Of a stretch of DNA of 64,000 nt, positions 20,201-30,115 are shown piece by piece. Origin of the DNA: Syntrophales bacterium. GTDB taxonomy: Bacteria > Desulfobacterota > Syntrophia > Syntrophales > UBA2210. Numbering within the stretch: position 1 is the first letter of the stretch; every line of letters begins with the position of its first letter. Location: contig CAXXKT010000001.1 of the NCBI GenBank assembly GCA_963662405.2, positions 1,824,001 to 1,888,000 of the forward strand, written 5' to 3'. Position numbers and translations under genes: made by a program. A model generated the notes under the pieces. It did not search any database. It was not told where the DNA came from and was given only the letters and a program-made list of their open reading frames with translations.

Positions 20201-22060
20201 ACGTTCTGCAACGACGCCCTCTGTACCCTAACGGGGTTTTCCCGTGAAGAGCTTCTCGCGAAGGACAGATTCAGATATACCGATCCTGAAACGGCAAAGA
20301 AGACGTATAAGATCTTCAACGAGATCTACCGGACAGGAATACCGGCGAATGTACATGAATATCAATTTACGAGGAAGGACGGCAGCAGGGCGATTCACGA
20401 ACTGTTCGTTTCCCTGCGAAGAAATGCCGAGGGGAGCCCGATCGGGTTCCGGGGTGTTTCCCGTGATGTGACCGAGCGACGTACGATGGAGAAAGCCCTG
20501 GCGGAGAGTGAACAGCGCTACCGGATGATCGTGGAGAACATCCACGATGTGATCATGGTAGTGGGGGTCGACCTTACAGAGAAATACCGCAGTCCGTCCG
20601 CGGCGTGGCTCACCGGTTACAGCCTTGAAGAGCTGGCCGGTGTTCCATTGCAAGAACAGGTGCCTCCGGAATCGTACGCCTTGGCGCAGCAGGTCCTGGG
20701 GGAGGAACTGGAAAAAGAATTCGGACCAGAACCTGCTGATCCGCATCGGTCGCGGGTGCTGGAGATGGAGGTATATCACAAAAACGGTGGAACCATCTGG
20801 GTCGAGGAAACGGCGACTTTCCTCCGCGATGACGAAGGTAAACCGGAGGCGATTCTTCTTGCCGTCAGAGATATTACCGAGCGCAAACGGCTCGAGGAGG
20901 AAAAGGGCAAGCTCGAGGGGCAGTTGATACAGGCGCAGAAGATGGAGACTGTCGGCCGCCTGGCGGGAGGTGTGGCGCATGACTTCAACAATATGCTCAG
21001 TGTTATCCTCGGATACGCGGACCTGGCCAAACTCAGCCTGGTCAAGGAGCATCCCGTACTGAAAGACATTGTCGAAATTGAAAAAGCCGCCATCCGATCC
21101 CGGGACATTACCTCGCAGCTCTTGGCCTTTTCCCGCAAGCAGATTATCGCCCCGACGGTCCTCAATCTCAATGACCTGGTTATCAATACGGAAAAATCGT
21201 TGATTCGTCTTATTGGTGAGGATATTGATCTGAGGGTTCATCTCGAGGAAGAGCCGTGGATGATCAAGTTTGATCCGTCTCAGATTGAGCAGATCATGAT
21301 CAACCTGGCGGTAAATGCCCGGGACGCGATGCCCGGTGGAGGAACACTGACGATCGAAACAAAGAATGTCGTTGCCGATGAATCATATTGCCGGGGTCAT
21401 GTCGGCTTTACCCCCGGTGATTACGTTCAGTTGTCAGTGAGTGACAATGGCACGGGAATGGACCGGGAAACAATGGATCATATATTCGAACCCTTTTTCA
21501 CGACCAAGGAGGTGGGGAAAGGGACCGGTCTCGGGATGGCCACGGTCTACGGCATTATCAAGCAAAATAACGGGTATATTACCCTATACAGTGAACAGGG
21601 TCATGGAACGACATTCACCATCTATCTGCCGCGTACCACACAGGGGAAAGAGGTTCGGGAAGAGGATGAGAAGGAAGCCTTGCTGAACGGGGTCGGGAAT
21701 ATTCTTTTGGTTGAGGATGACCCCATGGTTCTCGAAATCACCAAGGGAATGCTGGAGATCATTGGCTATGGCGTCATTATTGCGGAAACACCTCTCGACG
21801 CCGTCAAGCTCTATCAGGACCATGATACACCTGTCAGTCTGGTCATAACCGATGTGGTGATGCCGTCCATGAGCGGGAAGGAGCTGATAGACCGGCTTAG
21901 AGAGATACGGCCGGACACCCGGGCGCTCTTCATGTCGGGGTACACGGAAGATGCCATTGCCCATCATGGTGTCTTGGAACAGGGTGTGCATTTCCTGCAG
22001 AAACCCTTCAGGCTGGGGGAGCTGGCTCGCAAAGTGAGAGAGGCCATGGTGATCGATTGA
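17270..22060 (+). CDS. REC + multi-PAS (8) hybrid sensor histidine kinase with C-terminal receiver
   Basis: N-terminal VLIVDDE...DILMP, 8 PAS, AHDFNN, C-terminal REC; paralogous to the upstream kinase. Confidence 0.92.
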   Translation: MMREHVLIVDDENANLYMIETLLKGHGFQVTSAENGKDALEKARLVPPDLIVTDILMPVMDGYALCREWKSDNTLKEIPFVFYTATYTDPKDEVFALGLGADRFILKPQEPEVLISILHEVLQQTGTEKERNTKPLGEEMEFFRRHNEILFKKLEKKMADLETVNRQLRESEEWYRMIAEKITDIVWLADMDLRTTYVTPSVQGVLGFTPEEWIHQAADQQFTPESLAYGMEALTREFALEEEGNAEPDRVAHLVLEYYHKDGSTRWMDTDITGIRDDRGTLTGLYGVSRDVTARKQAEDELKGTKALYQLLFEDAPHGVVILDPETARIVGFNEKACLQLGYSREEFAELNVSDIEEIESLDEIKATIAQVIHKGRADFETRHRTKQGEVRDVKVTAQYAEIQGKHVYHCVWQDITELKKAEEALRDSEQRYRLIVENVNDIVWIVGLDLQFVYVSPSNTRVSGYTREEIMKMALSDVVIPESFELASQILSKELALEASGQSFDPNRSKTLELEVYHKDGRQVWLEVSAAFNRDDEGRPMEILAVGRDITDRKRAEGQLRESEKKYRTILEEMEEGYWEVDLAGRYISCNDALCKIHGFPPEKLMKMTFRDYTDPETAERIATVCNQVYRTGKPSRISDHEIIRGDGTTGRVEFNVSLMREDEGSPIGFRGITRDVTKRIQAEQNLRESEEKYRTILESIEDGYWEVDLKGRYTFCNDALCALMARSREEIIGMNNRSYVDPDVAEKVYRIFNAVYRTGIPASVMDYRFERVDGRMVTHELSVHLRRDAAGAPIGFRGISRDVTERRTMEEALAESERRYRMIVENMHDSITLLDLDLNYVYQSPSGTRSVGYAPQEIRNMPVQDQMTPESYRLLEQVLVEEFALESSGKPVDPHRSRTMELEIYHKDGGTVWEETTASFQRDEQGRPVGILLTSRDITDRKRAEERLRESEEKYRTILDSIEEGYWEVDLKGSYTFCNDALCTLTGFSREELLAKDRFRYTDPETAKKTYKIFNEIYRTGIPANVHEYQFTRKDGSRAIHELFVSLRRNAEGSPIGFRGVSRDVTERRTMEKALAESEQRYRMIVENIHDVIMVVGVDLTEKYRSPSAAWLTGYSLEELAGVPLQEQVPPESYALAQQVLGEELEKEFGPEPADPHRSRVLEMEVYHKNGGTIWVEETATFLRDDEGKPEAILLAVRDITERKRLEEEKGKLEGQLIQAQKMETVGRLAGGVAHDFNNMLSVILGYADLAKLSLVKEHPVLKDIVEIEKAAIRSRDITSQLLAFSRKQIIAPTVLNLNDLVINTEKSLIRLIGEDIDLRVHLEEEPWMIKFDPSQIEQIMINLAVNARDAMPGGGTLTIETKNVVADESYCRGHVGFTPGDYVQLSVSDNGTGMDRETMDHIFEPFFTTKEVGKGTGLGMATVYGIIKQNNGYITLYSEQGHGTTFTIYLPRTTQGKEVREEDEKEALLNGVGNILLVEDDPMVLEITKGMLEIIGYGVIIAETPLDAVKLYQDHDTPVSLVITDVVMPSMSGKELIDRLREIRPDTRALFMSGYTEDAIAHHGVLEQGVHFLQKPFRLGELARKVREAMVID

Positions 22061-22581
22061 GCCGGTGAAGGGGGTCGATTCCAGACGATCGATGCGCGAC
22101 GGTCAGTCTCATGCATCTCTTCATCCCTCCGGGTATCAGGACCCCGTTTGTAAAAACCCTCCCAAAATTATTGACAACCCGTGCCGAAGATAGTGTATGA
22201 TCATCGGAAAAGGGGGTTTCTCCCCATACGGAAAGAAGGAACGGGTCGAATCGCCGTTTGACGGAAGAATGCGATAAGCAGGAAAACCCCGTACAGCGGT
22301 CGATCTGTTTGCCGTTGACCCGGGGTATGATCTCTTTTTCGGTTGTGAGAATACAATCAAACGAAAAAACATACTGCAATTCGGGAACGATCACTACCGC
22401 TTATTCTGCCCCGGTGACGAATTGAGGAGTGCTGCAGTGGCGTACAGAGCGTGTTGTGTCGAGTGAGGTGTTGTGATATGAGAGCAATTCGCCGGCGGGG
22501 ACCGACAGGACCGTCGGGTGTTGTATGTGTTCGGCAACGAAGAGCAGAATTCGCAAATAATCAGACAGAAGGAGGCGTTCT

Positions 22582-23544
22582 ATGGCCACGGAGATCACCG
22601 CGCAGGAACTGAACACGGAGGCGTTCATCAACGAGAAAGTGAAAGAGATCAGGGAGGCCGTCGGGGATGACATGGCGATCAATGCCCTCTCCGGGGGGGT
22701 CGATTCGTCGGTGGTCACGATGCTCGGACACCGGGCTCTGGGGGATCGTCTGAGGACCATCTTCGTCGAAAACGGGATAATGCGTGAAGGAGAGGCCGAA
22801 CAGGTCGTCGGGTTTTTTCGTGAACTTGGCGTGACGGTCGAAGTGGCCGATGCGCGTGATGAATTTTTCGCCGCCATGGCCGGGATCACGGACCCGGAAG
22901 AGAAACGCGAGGCGATTACCCAGACCTTCTACCGTGATGTCTTCGGTCGTATCGTCAAAGAAAGCCGGGCGAAATGTCTCCTCCAGGGGACGATCCTGAC
23001 CGATATCGACGAGACCGTCGCGGGGATCAAGCGGCAGCACAATGTCTTCGAACAGCTCGGGATCGATCCGCAGGCCACGTTCGGTTACCGGATTCTCGAG
23101 CCCCTCATCCAGCTCCGCAAGGATGGTGTCCGGAAGGTCGGCGAGGCCCTCGGCCTTCAGACCGAGCTATTCAAGCGCATCCCCTTCCCGGGGCCGGCCC
23201 TCGCGGCGCGCGTGATCGGGGGGGTGACACCGGAACGGATCGAGGTGGTCAGGAAGGCGAATATGATCGTCGAGAAGAGGCTCAAGGACAGCGGAGCCTT
23301 TCAGTACATGGCGATTCTCCACGCGGACCGCGTGACCGGTATGCGCGACGGGAAGCGCGACTTCGGCCGGCAGATCGAGGTGCGATGCTGGGACAGCGTC
23401 GACGCGCGGACCGCGTCCCCCACCCGGCTCCCCTTCGAGACCCTCGAGGCGATTGCCGCCGAAATCATCGGCGAGATCCCCGGTGTCGTCAGCGTCACAT
23501 ACAATATTGCAACGAAGCCGCCATCAACGATCGAGGCGATCTGA
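22582..23544 (+). CDS. GMP synthase ATP-pyrophosphatase subunit only (no glutaminase domain)
   Basis: ALSGGVDSSV PP-loop, DPEEKR, LLQGT, IKRQHNV, PFPGPALA, KPPSTIE. Confidence 0.85.
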   Translation: MATEITAQELNTEAFINEKVKEIREAVGDDMAINALSGGVDSSVVTMLGHRALGDRLRTIFVENGIMREGEAEQVVGFFRELGVTVEVADARDEFFAAMAGITDPEEKREAITQTFYRDVFGRIVKESRAKCLLQGTILTDIDETVAGIKRQHNVFEQLGIDPQATFGYRILEPLIQLRKDGVRKVGEALGLQTELFKRIPFPGPALAARVIGGVTPERIEVVRKANMIVEKRLKDSGAFQYMAILHADRVTGMRDGKRDFGRQIEVRCWDSVDARTASPTRLPFETLEAIAAEIIGEIPGVVSVTYNIATKPPSTIEAI

Positions 23545-23640
23545 GGAGAACGGGCCGAGCCGCGGTATTATGTTTCGTGCGTGTTCCCGGTAAACGGTTG
23601 GGGCGTATCTTCTTATAAGCGGTACTCAGAGGAAATGTTT

Positions 23641-25596
23641 ATGGCAAAGACGCTCACGCAGAAGATGCTGGAGGGACACTTAGTCGTGGGTACATATAAC
23701 CCGGGGAGCGAGATAGGTGTCCTCATAGACCAGACCCTGACGCAGGATGCCACCGGTACGATGGCCTACCTGCAGTTCGAGGCCATGGGGATCGGCAGGG
23801 TAAAAACGGACCGTTCGTTGAGCTTTATCGATCACAATACCATACAGATAGGGTTCGAAAACGCGGATGATCATCGATACCTCCAGGACGTGGCCGCCCG
23901 CTGCGGTGTCTATCTGTCCCGGGCGGGAAACGGTATATGTCATCAGGTGCACCTTGAGCGGTTCGGAAGGCCGGGAGCGACGCTGCTGGGCTCCGACAGC
24001 CATACCCCCACGGGTGGTGGTATCGGGCAGATCGCCATAGGTGCAGGCGGTCTGGATGTGGCGCTGGCTATGGCCGGTGAGCCTTTTTACCTGACCTGTC
24101 CCACGGTGATCGGCATTAATCTGACAGGAAAATTGCAGCCATGGGTTAGTGCCAAGGATGTTATCCTCAAGGTCCTGGAGGTATTCGGAACGAAAGGGAA
24201 TGTGGGATGCGTGCTCGAGTACGGCGGGCCGGGCGTGGAGACACTGACCGTTCCTGAACGGGCGACGATCACCAATATGGGGGCGGAGTGCGGCGTCACT
24301 ACCTCCCTCTTCCCCAGCGATGGCGAAACAAGAAAATTTCTCAGAGCTCAGGGGAGGGAAGAAGACTGGGAGGAACTGGCCGCGGACCCGGATGCCGTAT
24401 ACGCAAAGGTGGTTAATATTGACCTGTCCGAACTAGTTCCCCTGGCGGCGACCCCTCACAGCCCCGGTAACATAGCCACCGTTAAAGAGTTGGAAGGCAT
24501 GGAGGTGCACCAGGTCTGCATCGGGTCCTGTACCAACTCGTCGTACCGGGACCTGATGGTGGTCGCGAAGAGCCTGAAGGGGAAAAAGGTCCATCCTGAT
24601 GTCAGTTTTGTCCTGGCGCCAGGCTCGAAACAGGTGGTTGAAATGCTGGCTCGGAACGGCGCCCTGGCCGACCTCATTGAGACGGGGGTCAGGTTGGAAG
24701 AGAACGCGTGCGGATTCTGCATAGGGAACAGCCAGTCTCCACAGACCGACGCCGTCTCTCTCAGGACCAGCAACAGAAACTTTCTGGCCAGGTCTGGAAC
24801 CAAAAGTGCGAACGTTTATCTGGTAAGCCCGGAGACGGCGGCTGCGGCTGTGATAACGGGGAGGATAACGGACCCGAGGAAGATTGGGATCCCCTATCCC
24901 GAGATAGCAATGCCCGATGTCTTTATCATAGATGATTCGATGATTCTTTCACCATCCGATGACCCTGAAAGCGTTGATATCCGCAGGGGGCCGAACATAG
25001 GGGCGCCCCCCGCCACCGAGCCACTCCCCGAACGGGTTGACGGCGTTGTGACCGTCAAACTGGGAGACAATATCACCACGGACCATATAATCCCCGCCGG
25101 CGCAAGGATGAAGTACCGATCCAACATTCCGGCATATTCCGAGTTTCTGTTTGAGGTTGTCGACCCCGAGTTTCACAAAAGGGCCGGAGAAATACAGGCC
25201 TCCGGCAGGGACAATATAATCGTGGGGGGGCTCAGCTACGGGCAGGGTTCTTCCCGTGAACACGCCGCCCTCTGCCCAATGTACATGGGCGTCAAGGCGG
25301 TCATCGCAAGGTCCTTCGAGAGGATACATACGGCAAACCTGATAAACTTCGGCATTGTTCCTCTGACCTTCAAGACCGAGGATGATTACGATATGATACA
25401 ACAGGGCGACTCCCTGGAGATTCCCGGTATTCGTGATAAGATTCGAGAGGGAGAGCCCCTGATGGTGAGGAACACCACCCGTGGCAATGAATTCGAAGTA
25501 GGCTATGATCTTTCGGGGAGGGCGAAGGATATTCTCCTCGCTGGCGGGATGCTGTCATTGATTAGAAATAAAAAAGTTCAGGAGAGGAATGAATGA
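23641..25596 (+). CDS. acn: Aconitate hydratase (short type)
   Basis: QDATG, DSHT, IGSCTN, CGFCIG (4Fe-4S cysteines), [15 protein letters not shown]. Confidence 0.92.
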   Translation: MAKTLTQKMLEGHLVVGTYNPGSEIGVLIDQTLTQDATGTMAYLQFEAMGIGRVKTDRSLSFIDHNTIQIGFENADDHRYLQDVAARCGVYLSRAGNGICHQVHLERFGRPGATLLGSDSHTPTGGGIGQIAIGAGGLDVALAMAGEPFYLTCPTVIGINLTGKLQPWVSAKDVILKVLEVFGTKGNVGCVLEYGGPGVETLTVPERATITNMGAECGVTTSLFPSDGETRKFLRAQGREEDWEELAADPDAVYAKVVNIDLSELVPLAATPHSPGNIATVKELEGMEVHQVCIGSCTNSSYRDLMVVAKSLKGKKVHPDVSFVLAPGSKQVVEMLARNGALADLIETGVRLEENACGFCIGNSQSPQTDAVSLRTSNRNFLARSGTKSANVYLVSPETAAAAVITGRITDPRKIGIPYPEIAMPDVFIIDDSMILSPSDDPESVDIRRGPNIGAPPATEPLPERVDGVVTVKLGDNITTDHIIPAGARMKYRSNIPAYSEFLFEVVDPEFHKRAGEIQASGRDNIIVGGLSYGQGSSREHAALCPMYMGVKAVIARSFERIHTANLINFGIVPLTFKTEDDYDMIQQGDSLEIPGIRDKIREGEPLMVRNTTRGNEFEVGYDLSGRAKDILLAGGMLSLIRNKKVQERNE

Positions 25597-26810
25597 GTGA
25601 AAAGATCGGAGTGAAGACCCCGATAGTAGAACTGGACGGGGATGAGATGACCAGGATCATGTGGTGGATGGTCAAGGATAAGCTGCTGCTCCCCTATCTC
25701 GATATGGATATCGATTACTACGATCTTGGTCTCAAGATGAGGGACGATACTGGCGATCAGGTTACCATTGACTCGGCCAACGCCATTATGAAGTATAAGG
25801 TGGGGGTCAAGTGCGCGACCATTACGCCTAACGCCGAACGGATTGAGGAGTATGATCTAAAGAAACAGTGGAACAGCCCTAACGGCACCATCAGGGGGAT
25901 GCTCGATGGGACGGTATTCAGGGCGCCGATCCTTGTGAAAAACATACAACCCGCAGTCTCGGGTTGGAAAAAGCCGATCCATATCGGGAGGCATGCGTAC
26001 GGCGATGTGTACGCGAACAGGGAGATAAAGGTGCCGGGGCCCGGCACCGCGGAACTGGTATTTACTCCGACCGGCGGAGGCCAGCCGGTACGAGAGGTTA
26101 TTCATGAGTTCAAGGGGCCGGGTATTATCCAGGGGGTTCACAATCTGGATTCTTCCATCCGGGACTTTGCCATCGCATGCTTTACGTATGCCCTGGATCA
26201 GAAGATAGATGTGTGGTTCGGGACGAAGGATACCGTTTCCAAGACGTATGACGCTTCGTTTCGCGAGATCTTCCAGGAGGAGTACGAGGCGAACTGGAAG
26301 GGCGCCTTTGAGGCCGCCGGCATCGAATATTTTTTCACCCTTATCGACGATGCCGTTGCACGAATCATGAAGTCCGATGGGGGGATGCTCTGGGCCTGCA
26401 AGAACTACGACGGAGATGTCATGTCGGACATGCTTGCCTCGGCGTACGGAAGCCTGGCGATGATGACCTCCGTACTTGTCTCTCCGAAGGGATATTTTGA
26501 ATATGAGGCGTCTCACGGCACCGTTCAGAAACATTATTACAAGCACCTCGCGGGAGAGAAGACCTCCACGAATTCCACGGCGCTGATATTTGCCTGGACG
26601 GGCGGTCTGAAAAAACGGGGGGAGCTGGACGGCACCCCCGAGGTCTCCGCCTTCGCGCAGAAGGTCGAAGACGCGGTCATAGAGACGATTGAAGGCGGAG
26701 TCATGACCGGAGACCTTTTGAGACTTGCCGACCCAGATCCGAAGAACCGTCAGGTCTTGACGGAAGACTTTATAGATTACATACGGGAGGTTCTGGAGGG
26801 AAAAATGTAA
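25593..26810 (+). CDS. icd: NADP-dependent isocitrate dehydrogenase (homodimeric type II)
   Basis: [44 protein letters not shown]. Confidence 0.95.
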   Translation: MSEKIGVKTPIVELDGDEMTRIMWWMVKDKLLLPYLDMDIDYYDLGLKMRDDTGDQVTIDSANAIMKYKVGVKCATITPNAERIEEYDLKKQWNSPNGTIRGMLDGTVFRAPILVKNIQPAVSGWKKPIHIGRHAYGDVYANREIKVPGPGTAELVFTPTGGGQPVREVIHEFKGPGIIQGVHNLDSSIRDFAIACFTYALDQKIDVWFGTKDTVSKTYDASFREIFQEEYEANWKGAFEAAGIEYFFTLIDDAVARIMKSDGGMLWACKNYDGDVMSDMLASAYGSLAMMTSVLVSPKGYFEYEASHGTVQKHYYKHLAGEKTSTNSTALIFAWTGGLKKRGELDGTPEVSAFAQKVEDAVIETIEGGVMTGDLLRLADPDPKNRQVLTEDFIDYIREVLEGKM

Positions 26811-26819
26811 AGGAGGACC

Positions 26820-28097
26820 ATGGCGCAGAGGGCTATCAGAGAAGCGGACGGCAAGGGGATGATGGCACGTCTCTTTGCGGGATATACCGGCGGGAGGTAC
26901 CTGATCCGAAACAGGTTCGTGTCGGTGGGTCCTGAGACCGACCTGAAGCGGCTTCCTGACAGGCACCCATGGATCCTTAAGGAACGATTGGCGGTAAAGA
27001 TCGATCAGTTGATAAAGCAGAGAGGAAAAAATGAACTGCTGCTCCTCGATGCCGACTGGAGGGATGTCCGGCAGTGGATCCGGGACCGGATGAACGCCGA
27101 GGTGACGCTGAATGGCGTTACCGGGGTGCTTGATCATTGTATTGTAGAACCATTTGTTCCGCACGATGCGAAGGACGAATACTATCTCGCCGTTATCTCT
27201 CAGCGGGCGGGGGACGATATTCTCTTCCATCACGCTGGCGGGATTGATGTCGGAGATGTCGATGCCAAGGCCGTGAGGCTGTCGGTACCCATCGGAAAGT
27301 TTCCGACGGCAGGGCAGATCGAAAAGAGGCTCCTCGGCAGGGTCCCGGAAGAGCAAAGGGCCCTAATCGCGGGCTTTACCGAAGTGCTCTTCAAATTCTA
27401 TGCAGACCTGAACTATACCTACCTTGAGATAAACCCATTTATTGTTCGTGGGGCAGGTGTCCTTCCCCTGGACCTGGCGGCGAGGCTCGACGATACGGCC
27501 ACTTTTGCCAGCGGGAAAAAATGGGGGAAGATACGGTTCCCCGCTCCGTTCGGTCGGATACTTACGAAGGAAGAGGCGTACATAGAAGAGCTGGATTCCC
27601 GGACGGGATCTTCGCTCAAACTGACCGTCCTCAATTCCGAGGGGCGCGTCTGGACCATGACCTCCGGAGGGGGTGCTTCGGTGGTCTACGCGGACACTAT
27701 CACCGATCTGGGGTTTATGGGGGAGATGGCCAATTATGGCGAGTACTCCGGGAACCCCAATGAGGAATTCACCTATCTCTACGCGAAGACGATCCTTGAC
27801 CTGATGACACGGAAAAGAGATCCCAAGGGTAAGTTTCTCCTCATCGGGGGAGAGATCGCAAATTTTACCGATGTTGCCGTTACCTTTCGGGGCATCAGCA
27901 GGGCCCTCAGGGAATACCGTGACAAGCTCAGGGAGGGGAAGGTGACAATCTTTGTCAGGCGCGGCGGTCCCAACTACAAGGAAGGGCTGGATAGCGTGAA
28001 GTCTCTGGCGGAAGAACTGGGCCTCCCCATCTCCGTGTACGGTCCGGAGACCCATATGACAGGGATCATATCGATGGCGCTCAAGGGGGACAGATAA
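26820..28097 (+). CDS. aclB: ATP-citrate lyase beta subunit (divergent citrate site)
   Basis: DQLIKQRGK ATP-grasp, YLEINPF, GGGASVVYAD, NYGEYSGNP, IANFTDVA, RRGGPNY. Confidence 0.88.
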   Translation: MAQRAIREADGKGMMARLFAGYTGGRYLIRNRFVSVGPETDLKRLPDRHPWILKERLAVKIDQLIKQRGKNELLLLDADWRDVRQWIRDRMNAEVTLNGVTGVLDHCIVEPFVPHDAKDEYYLAVISQRAGDDILFHHAGGIDVGDVDAKAVRLSVPIGKFPTAGQIEKRLLGRVPEEQRALIAGFTEVLFKFYADLNYTYLEINPFIVRGAGVLPLDLAARLDDTATFASGKKWGKIRFPAPFGRILTKEEAYIEELDSRTGSSLKLTVLNSEGRVWTMTSGGGASVVYADTITDLGFMGEMANYGEYSGNPNEEFTYLYAKTILDLMTRKRDPKGKFLLIGGEIANFTDVAVTFRGISRALREYRDKLREGKVTIFVRRGGPNYKEGLDSVKSLAEELGLPISVYGPETHMTGIISMALKGDR

Positions 28098-29945
28098 ATG
28101 GCACGAAAGAAATCAGAAATCATAGAGTACGAACTCTTCAACAGAGAAACCCAGGCGTTCATCTATAACATACAGGCCAATCCCATACAGGGGATGCTGG
28201 ACTTTGACTACGCCGTGGGGAGAAAAACGCCCTCGGTGGCTGCCATCGTTAATACGACGGGGAGTGAATATCTGCAGAAGTTCTTTTTCGGTTCCGTGGA
28301 GATCCTGATCCCCGTCTACACATCCCTGGCTGCAGCCGCCCGCAGGCACCGAAAGGTGGATGTCCTGATCAGTTTCGCATCCTTCCGTTCCGCCGCCCAG
28401 TCCGCCGAGGAGGCTTTTGATCTGAAACAGATCAGGACAATCGTCCTGATCGCCGAGGGTGTTCCCGAGCGGCGGGCCAAAGAGTTGATCGCGAAGGCCA
28501 GGAAACTGGGGAAGATGATTATCGGACCGGCCACGGTGGGGGGTATCCGGGCAGGTGCCTTCAAGATCGGTAACACCGGGGGGACCCTGGAGAATATCAT
28601 AGAGGCGAAGCTCCACAGACCGGGCTCCGTGGGTTTTGTCTCCAAGTCCGGCGGTCTTTCCAACGAGGCGTACAATATAATTGCCCGGAATACAGACGGC
28701 CTCTACGAGGGGATCGCCATCGGCGGCGACCGGTACCCCGGAAGCACCCTCCTGGATCATCTGCTGCGCTATGAGAAAAACCCCGCCATCAAGATGCTCG
28801 CTTGCCTCGGTGAGGTGGGGGGTATGGATGAGAATGAGATCGCCCTTGCCCTCAACAGAAAGGAGATCAGAAAGCCCCTGGTCATGTGGGTGACGGGGAC
28901 ATGCGAAAAGGCATTCAAGACGGATATCCAGTTCGGACACGCCGGGGCAAAAGCGGAGACCGGTATCGAAGGTGCGGATGCCAAAAATGCCGCGTTGAGG
29001 AAGGCAGGGGCAATTGTTCCCGACTCGTTCGATGATTTCGCCGAGAAGATCCACGATACCTATGAAAAGCTGGTCAAGAAGGGGAAGATACAGCCTGCGC
29101 AGGAGGTGGCGGCCCCGCAGGTTCCGGTCGACTTTGCCACGGCCCTGAAGACGGGTTCGATCCGCAAAGCGGCGAGCGTCATCTCCACCATATCGGACGA
29201 CCGGGGAGAGGAAATGCTGTACGGGAACCTGCCAATATCACAGGTTTTCAAAAAGGATATCGGCATCGGCGGGGTTCTCAGCATTCTGTGGTTCAAGAAG
29301 CTGCTCCCCCGGTACGCTACGAAGTTCATAGAGATGATTATCATGGTACTTGCGGATCGCGGTCCGGCGGTATCGGACGCCCACAACACCATAGTGGCCA
29401 GCAGGGCGGGGAAGGACCTGCTACCCTCCCTGATATCCGGACTGCTCTGTATCGGGCCGCGGGTCGGTGGAGTCCTGGATAGCGCCGCCCTGGAGTTTTC
29501 CGACGCCCTTGACAGGGGGCTTGCCCCCCTCGAGTTTATCGATTCGATGAAACGAAAGGGCTCAAACATCCAGGGGATCGGTCATCGGACCAAATCCGTC
29601 CACAACCCCGATACGCGGGTGACCATCATAAAGAACTATGCAAAAAGGAATCTTAAGAGTACGATGCTCTTGGACTATGCCTTGGAAGTAGAAAATATTA
29701 CGACCTCAAAGCGGGACAATCTGATCCTGAGCGTGGACGGCTGCATCGCCGTCTGTTTCGTGGACCTTCTGCGATCCGAGTTCTCCCGGGAGGAGGCGGA
29801 CGAATATATCCGGATGGGCTCGCTCAATGGCCTCTTTGTCCTGGGGCGGAGCATCGGTCTTATCGGGCATCACATGGATCAAAAACGGCTCAAACAGGGT
29901 CTGTACCATCATCCCTGGGAAGATATTGCCTATCTTAAGGAATAG
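28098..29945 (+). CDS. aclA: ATP-citrate lyase alpha subunit (substituted citryl-CoA lyase residues)
   Basis: IAEGVPE, IIGPATVGG, SKSGGLSNE, QFGHAGA (phospho-His), GIGHR, VDG, GRSIGLIGH. Confidence 0.88.
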   Translation: MARKKSEIIEYELFNRETQAFIYNIQANPIQGMLDFDYAVGRKTPSVAAIVNTTGSEYLQKFFFGSVEILIPVYTSLAAAARRHRKVDVLISFASFRSAAQSAEEAFDLKQIRTIVLIAEGVPERRAKELIAKARKLGKMIIGPATVGGIRAGAFKIGNTGGTLENIIEAKLHRPGSVGFVSKSGGLSNEAYNIIARNTDGLYEGIAIGGDRYPGSTLLDHLLRYEKNPAIKMLACLGEVGGMDENEIALALNRKEIRKPLVMWVTGTCEKAFKTDIQFGHAGAKAETGIEGADAKNAALRKAGAIVPDSFDDFAEKIHDTYEKLVKKGKIQPAQEVAAPQVPVDFATALKTGSIRKAASVISTISDDRGEEMLYGNLPISQVFKKDIGIGGVLSILWFKKLLPRYATKFIEMIIMVLADRGPAVSDAHNTIVASRAGKDLLPSLISGLLCIGPRVGGVLDSAALEFSDALDRGLAPLEFIDSMKRKGSNIQGIGHRTKSVHNPDTRVTIIKNYAKRNLKSTMLLDYALEVENITTSKRDNLILSVDGCIAVCFVDLLRSEFSREEADEYIRMGSLNGLFVLGRSIGLIGHHMDQKRLKQGLYHHPWEDIAYLKE

Positions 29946-30115
29946 AACCGAGGGGAGATTCAAGGAATTGTGCAATTCCCTCCCGACCTTCCCTGTACCG
30001 GGTGAGGCGGGGATGATCTCCGCAGCTCCTCTCTTTTTTAGCGTTGCACACCTGTCACTTCCATACCGGTTTTGCCAACAAGTGGAACCCAACAGACAAT
30101 TGTAAGGAGATCAGG

